Shown one piece after another: positions 29,340 through 37,646 of a stretch of DNA of 64,000 bases (the stretch's first letter is position 1; every line of letters begins with the position of its first letter). The notes beneath the pieces were generated by a model, which was given only the letters and a program-made list of their open reading frames with translations, had not been told where the DNA came from and did no database searches. The stretch is from Elusimicrobiales bacterium (GTDB lineage: Bacteria > Elusimicrobiota > Elusimicrobia > Elusimicrobiales > UBA9959): assembly GCA_028688015.1 (NCBI GenBank), contig JAQTZB010000006.1, positions 107,381 through 171,380 of the forward strand. Direction: 5' to 3'. A program made the position numbers and the translations under genes.

Positions 29340-29348
29340 TCCCATATA

Positions 29349-30353
29349 ATGGGACATCATCACGATCACGCGCACGACCACGCCGGCCACGTTTCCCACG
29401 CCGGGCACGACCATTCCCCTCATACAGCCCGCGATCACTCCTCCCACGGCGGCCACGCCCATTCCTGCTCCCACGGCCACGGGGGCCAGGCCCAGCGCAG
29501 CGCCATCACCGCCGCTTTCTTTATCACCGCCGGCTTCATGCTGGTGGAGGCGGCCGGCGGCCTGTTGACGGGCAGCATGGCGCTGCTGAGCGACTCCATG
29601 CACATGCTCACCGACGCCGCCGCGCTGGGCATGAGCTTTTTCGCCTCCCGGCTGTCCGCGCTTAAGCCGGATTCCTCCCGCACCTACGGCTACCGGCGCG
29701 CGGAAGTGGTGGCGGCGCTGGCCAACGCCATGCTGCTGTGGCTGCTCTCCGGCTACATGCTGCGCGAAGTCTACGAGCGCTTCCAGAACCCCGTGCCCGT
29801 GCTGTCCGGACCCATGCTGGCCGTGGCGCTCCTGGGCCTGCTGGCCAACCTGGCCAGCGCGTGGATCCTGCATGGCCACAGCGAAGACAACATCAACATC
29901 CGCGGGGCCTTCCTGCACGTGGTCAGCGACCTGGCCGGCTCGGTGGCGGCCATCATAGCCGGCGCGGTCATCTATTTCACCGGCTGGTACCTCGCAGATA
30001 CCATCGTCTCGCTGCTCATCATAGGTCTCATCCTGTTCAGCTCCACCCGCCTGCTGCTGGAGGCTTTCCATATACTTATGGAGGGGGCACCCAAAGGTCT
30101 TTCCCTGAAGGCGCTGGAGCGGGAACTGCTGGCCATAGACGGCGTTTCCGGAGTGCACGAGCTGCACGCCTGGAGCCTCTCTTCCGGCTACAACGCCCTC
30201 AGCGCCCACCTGGTGGTGAAAGACCCCGCCAAGCAGCAGGCCGCCCTGCAGGTTGCCGCCTGCCGCGTAGCCCCGGCTTTCGGCCTGAAGCACACCGTCT
30301 TCCAGGTAGAGACCGAACCGGTGGCTAACGCCTCCTGCGACACGTGCGCCTGA
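29349..30353 (+). CDS. czcD: Cation diffusion facilitator family metal efflux transporter (CzcD/ZitB-like) with a His-rich N-terminus
   Basis: N-terminal MGHHHDHAHDHAGHVSHAGHDH.... Six TM segments with SDSMHMLTD and HVVSDLAGS metal-site motifs. C-terminal cytoplasmic domain (GVHELHAWSLSSG). Confidence 0.85.
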   Translation: MGHHHDHAHDHAGHVSHAGHDHSPHTARDHSSHGGHAHSCSHGHGGQAQRSAITAAFFITAGFMLVEAAGGLLTGSMALLSDSMHMLTDAAALGMSFFASRLSALKPDSSRTYGYRRAEVVAALANAMLLWLLSGYMLREVYERFQNPVPVLSGPMLAVALLGLLANLASAWILHGHSEDNINIRGAFLHVVSDLAGSVAAIIAGAVIYFTGWYLADTIVSLLIIGLILFSSTRLLLEAFHILMEGAPKGLSLKALERELLAIDGVSGVHELHAWSLSSGYNALSAHLVVKDPAKQQAALQVAACRVAPAFGLKHTVFQVETEPVANASCDTCA

Positions 30354-30472
30354 CCGGCTTAAAAAGATATGAACTTTTCTTGACCTTCCCCGGACCTTTA
30401 TCGGAGCCGCGGGGGCTAAAATTAATGTGGAGGGTTTTAGTGCGGATGTTACCAAGGTTACACAAGTTACGA

Positions 30473-30500
30473 TTGACAGTTCTCAAGTCAATGTTATATT
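30473..30500 (+). promoter_or_regulatory. Candidate sigma70-type promoter for module A (TTGACA-16 nt-TATATT)
   Basis: ttgaca at 30473-30478 and tatatt at 30495-30500, in the AT-richer 250-bp gap upstream of the 1621-aa gene. Confidence 0.45.
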
Positions 30501-30605
30501 CTTGCGAGGTATTGCTTTTTCAGGCATCTTAGGGGACTACTTAATTTTCAGTTGTTGTGCGTCTGAGTGCGGCCGTTTTACTGCGGACCGCTATACGGAG
30601 GGACT

Positions 30606-33600
30606 ATGCGTTCATTCACCAAACTGGCGTTAGCCGCGGCTCTGGCAATTTTCTCGTCGGGAGGAGCCATCGCCGCGACCACCTCGCTCACCGTCCACGT
30701 GGCGGACCCTGACGGCGGGAACCTGCCCGGGGTCAAAGTGGCCGCGATACAGTGGGGCATGAACGGGCCTTCAACCTACACCCTCCTGGGCCTGACCGAC
30801 GCCTCCGGAAACAAGGTCTTCAACCTGGAACAGCAGATGGGCTACAGCATTTACGTGACCTCCCACGGTTACTCGCCCACCGTCGCCGAGCAGTTCAACG
30901 ACCCGGAATACAACCCCAACCGGAGTTTCTGGCCCTCCGACGGCACCCCGCTTACCGCCGAGTTCACCTTGACCCCCGGCCTGACCGGAGTGGGCAAGAT
31001 AACCCAGGCCTTTATCAACGCAACGCCCAACAAGGTGCTGATGGGCGGCATGTACAACATGCTCGCCCAGTTGCCCGGCGCCTCCGGCATGGTCTTCACC
31101 AACGGCGCCGGCGCCGGCGTCCTGGAAATGGAGAACGTTCCTTTCGCCCAGGCCAACACCTATAACATCGGCCTCTACGATCCGGAGCTTAACCGCGGCA
31201 TCGGCCGCAACGTGATGAGCGACCTGGGCGACGGCAGCGCCGAATACCCCGGCGTGCCCGCACTCAACTATCCCGCCCTCGACTTCAACCAGTCCATCCC
31301 GCCCTCGCGCGTGGAGACCAACACCCAGCCCGGAGGCTCTTCGGCCGGTTCAGCGGCCGGAGTCAGCGTGGAAGGCGTGATCCATGAATTGAACTATACC
31401 ACCGCTACCGTGAACCATACCGGCTTAGGCATCAAGGCCTGCGTCTCCGGCAACAACTGGAGCAGCTGGGCCAACACCGACGAGAACGGCCGCTTCCAGC
31501 TTTACGGCCTGAACCCCGGCACCACTTATTATTTCAACGTCATGGGCGGCTGCTCCTGGACCCAGAACGGCCCCGGCGCGTGCTATGGCCCGTACAGCAG
31601 CGCGGAGTATAACTCCCAGGATATCTGCCTCCAGAACCCCGCTTCCATAAACACCAACGACCTCCTCTACGTAAGCTCGGACGTAGCCTACCACAGCATC
31701 AAGCTGGTCCGCATGCCCCGCAGCAACGGTCAGATCCGCGTCTACGTGCGCTCCTCGTCGGGGTATACCATCCCCAACGCCAACGTAAACGTGAACCCGG
31801 ACGGCACGCCCTGGCCGCTGTTCGCCAACAGCTGCGACACGCCGAACGACTTCTCTAAATTCACCAGCAACCCCGGCTTCTCCAATGCCAGCGCCAACAC
31901 TTCCGCCACCGGCTACGCCCTCCTCGACGGCCTGCCGAGCGGCAACTACAACGTTAACGTCTGGACGCCCTTCTCCAATAGCAGCAGCGCCAACGGGCCC
32001 ACCGGCTTCAACGCCGGCCCCGACGGTATTTTTGGCAACTGGAACGCCCCGCAGTGGCAGGCCATGCACTGCAATACCCCCGGCGGGGACGACTACCGCG
32101 TGACGATAGATACCACGGCCGTTCCGACCATGAAGATCTACGACAGCAGCGGCACCCTGCTGAACCTGTCCTCCATTACCTATATAGTGGACGCGGGCGC
32201 GGCCAATACCTCCGGCGAGGTGCGCGGCGTCCTGCGGTTCCCCTCCGCGGCGGACCTGCTTAGCGCCCCAATAATGATCACCCTCTACCCGCAGTGCATG
32301 GAGGGCCCCTGCGGCTCCGGCAACTTCGCCGTTATAGACGGCTCCGGTTCCGCCAGTTACCCTTACACCATCCACGTGGCCAGCGGCACCGACTACTGGA
32401 TGAACATCAACTCTCCCGGCTGGGGCCGCCTGCAGAACAACGGCAACAACATGATCACCCTGCAGTCCACCGGCACCGTGGTCCTGAACATGGACTTCGC
32501 GCCGGCCGGCACCGTCAGCGGCACGCTCTACAAGCCCGACGGCACCATCTTCACCCCCGCCGCCAACCAGTACATCCACGTAGGCATGAACAGCGACCGC
32601 GGCGGCAGCGGCACCCAGCTGCAGAGCGACGGCTCCTTTGAGCTCAAGGACGTTCTCTCCGGCGAAGTCCGCGCTTATGTCAGCGCTGGCGGCATGGGCG
32701 AGTTCAACTACGCCCTGCCCACCCCGGCGCCCACCGTCACCGTCACGGCCGGCAGCACGGTCACGCTGAACATCAAGCTGGTCAACGCGGTGTACGTGGG
32801 CGTGCAGCTTAGCACGGCCATGGTGCCCGACCCCTCCATCATCGCCAGCGACTACGACGCGCTGATAGGCTTCAGGGCCATTCCCGTGCCCGCAGGCACG
32901 GTGCTGAAGGGAGAGACGCTTAAGGAAATGCTCTTCGGCAAGGGCGACAACGACAATCGCCTGACTTTCGCCAACCCCACCGGCATGATGGACGGCGGCC
33001 CCTGCGGCAACAGCTGGCCGGGCGGCTTCTGCGCCAAGAGCGTCCCGTCGCCCGCCGTCTACGACTTCTACCTGATGCGCTCCGGCGACTTCGGGGACAT
33101 GTCTTCTTCCACCGCCGCGGCCGTGGCCGCTTACCCGCACTTCACGCTGCTGACCTCCAGCAAGAACGTGATAGTGGACAGCGACCACATCGTGGCCAGT
33201 TCCGTGCGGCCCGGCATGAACGGCGGCACGCTGGCGGACGGCATACCGGTGAACCTGACCCCCGCCACGGACCTCTCCGGGCGCGGCAACGCCGTGCTGG
33301 CCGGCAATGTGAGCGCGGACAACTTCTTCCGTGAAACGGACTACGTCGCCCTCAACGGAGAGCTTGACGACTTCATGGAGTATCTGCCGCTCGTGACGCT
33401 CTACGGTTCCGACGGCGGCTTCAAGGCGGCCGGCATAGTGGTGCCGCCCCCCGCGTTCATACAGCAGCACGACCAGGACTTCAACATCGCCTACGCGCAG
33501 GGGTACCAGACGTTCAAGGCCCTGCTGGACCTGGCCGGCACGTTCGGCTTCGAGATCCGCGGCCTGGCGCCGTCCACCTGCTTCACCGCGGTGGTGACCA

Positions 33601-35471
33601 CGCCCAATTACCCGCCTTACCAGACCAGGGCCTGCACCGGGGTGAACAACTCCACCACCACCATCACGGTGGACCTGGACTCCGCCGTGGGCGCGGGCGC
33701 CACGGTACAGGGCGTGGTGACCAGCACGGCCGGCGTGCTGTTGCCCAACGCCTCCGTGGAACTGCTCAGTGAGGGCTCGGACGCCCGCACCGCGGTTACT
33801 AACTCCTCGGGCGCCTACAGCTTCCTGGGCCTCGCCCCGGGCAATGTAAAGATCAGGGCCTCCATAGACGGTTACGCCTCCGGCGAGACCGAAGAGGACC
33901 TGACCGGCAGCAATACCTATACCAAGAACCTGGCGCTGACCGCGGCCGGCGGCTCGCTCACCGGCACCGTCTACTCGCAGAAGCTGCCCTACGCCAAGGT
34001 GCAGGCCGGCGCGCAGATAGTGGCCTACAACGATACCTATAATGGCACGCACCCCGACTCGCCGCTGCCGTTGATCAGGACCAAGACTGGCGCCGACGGC
34101 AGTTATACCATCTCCGGGCTCATTCCCGGGGACGTCTACAAGGTCTTCCTGAAGGTGCCCGGCAAGTACACGCTGAGCGTCTCCACCCCGGCCGCTGCCG
34201 GCGTGGTGTCCGGCGTGGACTTCACGATGCTGCCCAAGCCGCTCGATATCGAAGTCTTCGCCAAGAAGACCGAGACCGACTTCGAGTTCACGGTGCTCAA
34301 CCCGCAGGACTTCAAGAGCGGCTGGGTCGGCTGGAGCGCTTCGCCCTTCGACGGGGCCTCCGCCTCCACGGTCACGCTGACGCAGCTCTCCAGCGGCGAG
34401 ATGAACGGCAAGATCCCGCTCTCGGCCCTGACCTCCGGCGTCACCTACGTGCTGCAGGGGGTGGCCAAGTCCTACTCCGGCCGCCAGGTCATCCGGGAGA
34501 TCCTGTTCGGCAGCGACTACAAGGGCAATGCCAAACAGCAGATAGACGACGCCATCCTGGGCGACGATACGGACGACGGCTTCGGCCGCAAGAATAACGA
34601 GGTCCCGATGGACCGCAGCGGCGACGACCCGTCGGGCATCATGTTCCCGCCCGGCGCGGTGCAGGCGTCCACCGGCTCCGTGCCCACCTGCTCGTTCAAG
34701 GGCGAGGACAAGGACTCCTCCGCGGTGGCGGCCAAGGTGGCGGCCCTCGGGGCCGACGCGTTCGCCGGCGACCTGTACACGGTGGAACTGGCCAGCGTCA
34801 CGCACAACGAGAACAAGTCCATCGAGATCACGCTGGCCTACGACAAGAGCACCGCTAACCTCGACGACCTGTCCGTGGCCCGCTACAACGACGGCACCGG
34901 CAAGTGGGAGCAGCTCTCCGGGGTGGCCACGGTCAACCCGCTGAAGGGCACCGTGAAGGTGAAGCTGCGCACGCTGGCTTCCGTCCTGTCGGTCCGGCCC
35001 GGCCGGTACCAGGCTAACCGCTTCGACGGCAAGCAGTACCGCGTCTCCGCCGTCGGCAGCAGCACCTCCGGCACGTTCGCCGTGGTGCGGCCGTCCATAG
35101 CGGGCAACGCCTACGCCGGCTCCAAGCTGAAGGTGTTCAACTACCCGAACCCCTTCAACCTCAAGAGCAAGACCGTAAATAACAGCCAGGGCGCGGCCCT
35201 GTCCGGCACTACCGAGGGCACCGTGATCCACGTGGAGGTTCCCGCCGGCAACGGCGGCGAAGGCCATGTGCGCATCTACACGCTCGCGGGCGAGCTGGTG
35301 AACGACCTGCGGACGAACTTCACCGCCGGCGCGCATAACTACGTGCTCTGGGCCGGCAACAACAAGGCCGGGCAGCCCGTGGCAAACGGCGTCTACTACG
35401 GCGTGGTAGAACTGGCCGGCAAGTCGCCGGACCGCGAGGACGCCACCTTCAAGATGGTGGTCGTGAAATAG
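30606..35471 (+). CDS. Giant secreted surface protein (1621 aa): CarboxypepD_reg/Ig-like beta-sandwich repeats plus a T9SS type-A-like C-terminal sorting domain
   Basis: The ATG at 30606 is preceded by ggaggg. Signal peptide MRSFTKLALAAALAIFSSGGAIA. Repeated units of the type GVVTSTAGVLLPNASVELLS...TNSSGAYSFLGLAPGNVKIRAS. The last ~110 aa read KVFNYPNPFNLKSKTV...IYTLAGELV...WAGNNKAGQPVANGVYYGVVEL...FKMVVVK, which fits the TIGR04183/FlgD-Ig-like CTD pattern. Confidence 0.85.
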   Translation: MRSFTKLALAAALAIFSSGGAIAATTSLTVHVADPDGGNLPGVKVAAIQWGMNGPSTYTLLGLTDASGNKVFNLEQQMGYSIYVTSHGYSPTVAEQFNDPEYNPNRSFWPSDGTPLTAEFTLTPGLTGVGKITQAFINATPNKVLMGGMYNMLAQLPGASGMVFTNGAGAGVLEMENVPFAQANTYNIGLYDPELNRGIGRNVMSDLGDGSAEYPGVPALNYPALDFNQSIPPSRVETNTQPGGSSAGSAAGVSVEGVIHELNYTTATVNHTGLGIKACVSGNNWSSWANTDENGRFQLYGLNPGTTYYFNVMGGCSWTQNGPGACYGPYSSAEYNSQDICLQNPASINTNDLLYVSSDVAYHSIKLVRMPRSNGQIRVYVRSSSGYTIPNANVNVNPDGTPWPLFANSCDTPNDFSKFTSNPGFSNASANTSATGYALLDGLPSGNYNVNVWTPFSNSSSANGPTGFNAGPDGIFGNWNAPQWQAMHCNTPGGDDYRVTIDTTAVPTMKIYDSSGTLLNLSSITYIVDAGAANTSGEVRGVLRFPSAADLLSAPIMITLYPQCMEGPCGSGNFAVIDGSGSASYPYTIHVASGTDYWMNINSPGWGRLQNNGNNMITLQSTGTVVLNMDFAPAGTVSGTLYKPDGTIFTPAANQYIHVGMNSDRGGSGTQLQSDGSFELKDVLSGEVRAYVSAGGMGEFNYALPTPAPTVTVTAGSTVTLNIKLVNAVYVGVQLSTAMVPDPSIIASDYDALIGFRAIPVPAGTVLKGETLKEMLFGKGDNDNRLTFANPTGMMDGGPCGNSWPGGFCAKSVPSPAVYDFYLMRSGDFGDMSSSTAAAVAAYPHFTLLTSSKNVIVDSDHIVASSVRPGMNGGTLADGIPVNLTPATDLSGRGNAVLAGNVSADNFFRETDYVALNGELDDFMEYLPLVTLYGSDGGFKAAGIVVPPPAFIQQHDQDFNIAYAQGYQTFKALLDLAGTFGFEIRGLAPSTCFTAVVTTPNYPPYQTRACTGVNNSTTTITVDLDSAVGAGATVQGVVTSTAGVLLPNASVELLSEGSDARTAVTNSSGAYSFLGLAPGNVKIRASIDGYASGETEEDLTGSNTYTKNLALTAAGGSLTGTVYSQKLPYAKVQAGAQIVAYNDTYNGTHPDSPLPLIRTKTGADGSYTISGLIPGDVYKVFLKVPGKYTLSVSTPAAAGVVSGVDFTMLPKPLDIEVFAKKTETDFEFTVLNPQDFKSGWVGWSASPFDGASASTVTLTQLSSGEMNGKIPLSALTSGVTYVLQGVAKSYSGRQVIREILFGSDYKGNAKQQIDDAILGDDTDDGFGRKNNEVPMDRSGDDPSGIMFPPGAVQASTGSVPTCSFKGEDKDSSAVAAKVAALGADAFAGDLYTVELASVTHNENKSIEITLAYDKSTANLDDLSVARYNDGTGKWEQLSGVATVNPLKGTVKVKLRTLASVLSVRPGRYQANRFDGKQYRVSAVGSSTSGTFAVVRPSIAGNAYAGSKLKVFNYPNPFNLKSKTVNNSQGAALSGTTEGTVIHVEVPAGNGGEGHVRIYTLAGELVNDLRTNFTAGAHNYVLWAGNNKAGQPVANGVYYGVVELAGKSPDREDATFKMVVVK

Positions 35472-35494
35472 GCCGGGAAGGCTGAGGAGAAATT

Positions 35495-36400
35495 ATGAAC
35501 CATAAACTTATCCTTTCTGCGGTTCTTGCTCTGGCGGCCGCCTCCGCGCAAGCCGCCGGCCCCGGTACCACCGGCGCCAGCTTCCTCAAGGTGGGAGTGG
35601 GCGCCAGGGAGCTCGCCATGGGTTCGGCCGCCAGCGTCCTCACCGAGGGCGCCGGCGCCGCCAACTGGAACCCGGCGAAGCTCGCCGGGCTCAAGGGCAA
35701 GCACCTCAGCGCCAGCTACAACATGCTGTTCATAGACGAGTCCCAGGGCTACCTGGGCTTCGCCTCGGAACTTAAGGACGACAAGGGCGTGATCGGCGGC
35801 GGCCTGAACTACCTGACCGTCGGAGACATAGAGCGGCGCGCCGGTGACACCGAGACCCCGGATTCGCTGTTCGACAGCAACAACATGGCGCTGGCCTTCA
35901 CCTACGCCCGGGCCGAAGTGAAGCCGGGCCTGGCGCTGGGCGCCAGCCTGAAGTATATCAGCCAGGACCTGGACACGCAGACAGACAAGGCCGTGGCGCT
36001 GGACCTGGGCTCGACCTACAAGCTCAACGACATCTACACCGCCGCCTTCGTGATCCAGAACCTCGGCGGCAAGGTGGGTCCCGACAACCTCCCGCTGCTG
36101 TTCAAGGGCGGCGTGGCCCGCGCCTTCCTCGACGGCAAACTGGCCGCCGCGGCGGATGTGGACTGGCTGGCCTACGACGAGCGCTTTTACCTGGACCTGG
36201 GCGCGGAGTACCAGCTCAACAAGAGCCTGGCCTTCCGGGCGGGCTACCAGGTCGGGCGCGCGCAGGACGAGCTGGGCGGCCTGACCGGCCTCGGGGCCGG
36301 CCTGGGCCTTAAGTTCGACCGCTTCTCCCTGGACTACGCCTATGTGCCTTTCGGCGACCTGGGAGATACGCACAGGATGACTTTGGGTTTCAACTTCTGA
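35495..36400 (+). CDS. PorV/PorQ-family-like outer membrane beta-barrel (module A)
   Basis: Signal peptide, then GASFLKVGVGARELAMGSAASVL...ANWNPAKLAGL. This matches the PorV N-terminal signature (A.FL.I....R..gMG.a......NPA). Alternating amphipathic strands and a terminal aromatic (LGFNF). Starts 23 nt after the cargo stop. Confidence 0.7.
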   Translation: MNHKLILSAVLALAAASAQAAGPGTTGASFLKVGVGARELAMGSAASVLTEGAGAANWNPAKLAGLKGKHLSASYNMLFIDESQGYLGFASELKDDKGVIGGGLNYLTVGDIERRAGDTETPDSLFDSNNMALAFTYARAEVKPGLALGASLKYISQDLDTQTDKAVALDLGSTYKLNDIYTAAFVIQNLGGKVGPDNLPLLFKGGVARAFLDGKLAAAADVDWLAYDERFYLDLGAEYQLNKSLAFRAGYQVGRAQDELGGLTGLGAGLGLKFDRFSLDYAYVPFGDLGDTHRMTLGFNF

Positions 36401-36419
36401 CGCTCCACCGGAGAACAAC

Positions 36420-37643
36420 TTGAAAAAACTTATACTTGCAGTAGTGCTTTTAGCGCCGGCCAACGCCGGCGCTAAAGGTTTTGAGCTTATGGGCCGACTG
36501 GACGTTTTCGGCGGCCAATACTTCTTCGAGGACCAGGCCGGCGCCTTTAACGGCTACGGCATCCTGGACGCCCAACTGGCCAAAAGCCAGTCCTCCAGCG
36601 CCGGTTACTTCATCAGCCTGCGCTCCGTCTACACCGGCTTCAAGCAGGTCAACGAACTCTCCGGCGGCGGAACGCTGTTCCAGCAGAGCATGGACCACTC
36701 GCTCGGCTATAAATATATAAAGCGCTACGAGGGCGGCTGGTCGCTCAAGCCGCGGGCCGGCGTTAAAACCCAGCTCTTCCGCGAAACGAAAGACGAAAAG
36801 TGGGGCAAAGGCCTCTACGACTTTACCCGCTACGAGGCCGGCCTGACGCTGGAGCGCAAGACGCGCTGGGGCCTCTCTTCCCCGTGGACCTGGCAGCTTT
36901 CCTGGGACGCCTATTATACGCGCTACGCGCGGTTCAAGACGCTGGCCAGCCAGTATGGCCAGGAACTGGCCGCCCCGAACCCGGGCAGCCGCACGCTGGA
37001 CACGCTGACCAACCAGCTCTCCTATTCCAGCGAAATGGACCTGCCCAACTTCGTCCGGGCGGATTTCTTCGCTTCGCTGTCCATGATCGGCTACTCCGAC
37101 CAGAAGGTAATCAATTCGGAAGGCCGCTATCTGCCCTCTATGCGCTCGGACTACTATCAGTCCGTGCACGCCGGCCTGTCGAAACGCTACAACGACTTCG
37201 GCCTGCTGGGCGGCGTCCGCCCGATATTCGGCGTAGGCCTGGGTCTGGCCAACACGTTCTCTAACCAGAACCATCTGGACACCGACCCGGCCAGGCTGAA
37301 GTACATCCGCGGCTTCTATGACTATACCGAGGGCCGCGTGACCCCCAGCGCGCAGTTCACTTTCATCGAGACTGGGTTGCTGGCCCGCCTGTCCTACGAG
37401 TACGCCGCCCGCAATTACTCGCAGCGCCTGGCGCAGCGCGGCGACGGCTCTTACACCTCCAAAAAACTGACGCAGCGCTCCGGCAGTTTCACGGCCGAGC
37501 TCTCTTACCCGCTGTTCCGGTCCTTGGACCTCAAGGCCCAGGGCAACTGGGCCGATTCCGGCTCCAATAACGACTACGAGCAGGTTTACCGCTATACCTA
37601 TAAGAGCTCCATGTATTTCGTGGGCGCCGAGTGGAGGTTTTAA
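36420..37643 (+). CDS. Outer membrane beta-barrel protein, unassigned family (module A, 407 aa)
   Basis: Signal peptide MKKLILAVVLLAPANAGA, Tyr/Gly/Ser-rich alternating strands, and a C-terminal OMP signature YFVGAEWRF. Full-length paralog of 40872..42092. Confidence 0.65.
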   Translation: MKKLILAVVLLAPANAGAKGFELMGRLDVFGGQYFFEDQAGAFNGYGILDAQLAKSQSSSAGYFISLRSVYTGFKQVNELSGGGTLFQQSMDHSLGYKYIKRYEGGWSLKPRAGVKTQLFRETKDEKWGKGLYDFTRYEAGLTLERKTRWGLSSPWTWQLSWDAYYTRYARFKTLASQYGQELAAPNPGSRTLDTLTNQLSYSSEMDLPNFVRADFFASLSMIGYSDQKVINSEGRYLPSMRSDYYQSVHAGLSKRYNDFGLLGGVRPIFGVGLGLANTFSNQNHLDTDPARLKYIRGFYDYTEGRVTPSAQFTFIETGLLARLSYEYAARNYSQRLAQRGDGSYTSKKLTQRSGSFTAELSYPLFRSLDLKAQGNWADSGSNNDYEQVYRYTYKSSMYFVGAEWRF

Positions 37644-37646
37644 CCT

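Noticed and set aside
29301-30455. The upstream 385 codons of ORF 28335-30455 (-), which would make a 706-aa fusion to the polyprenyl synthase.
   Set aside because: This part is antisense to the czcD gene, which has clear CDF motifs. It crosses the AT-rich promoter spacer. The synthase homology begins at MEKTAPT (29300).
30344-30633. Small ORFs (62 and 68 aa) in the AT-richer gap upstream of the first giant gene.
   Set aside because: They have no RBS or motifs and overlap the candidate promoter and leader. Their composition differs from genuine genes here, so this is more likely regulatory or leader sequence.
31425-35336. Very long antisense ORFs opposite well-supported genes. Examples: 31425-35336 (1303 aa), 51685-54885 (1066 aa), 47635-49839 (734 aa), 17391-20312 (973 aa), 14863-17085 (740 aa), 2287-4224 (645 aa), 6919-8751 (610 aa), 60061-61662 (533 aa).
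   Set aside because: They lie fully inside strongly motif-supported genes on the other strand. Their translations are monotonous Gly/Ala/Arg/Val/His/Leu strings with no recognisable motifs. Long open antisense frames are expected in GC-rich DNA because stop codons are AT-rich.
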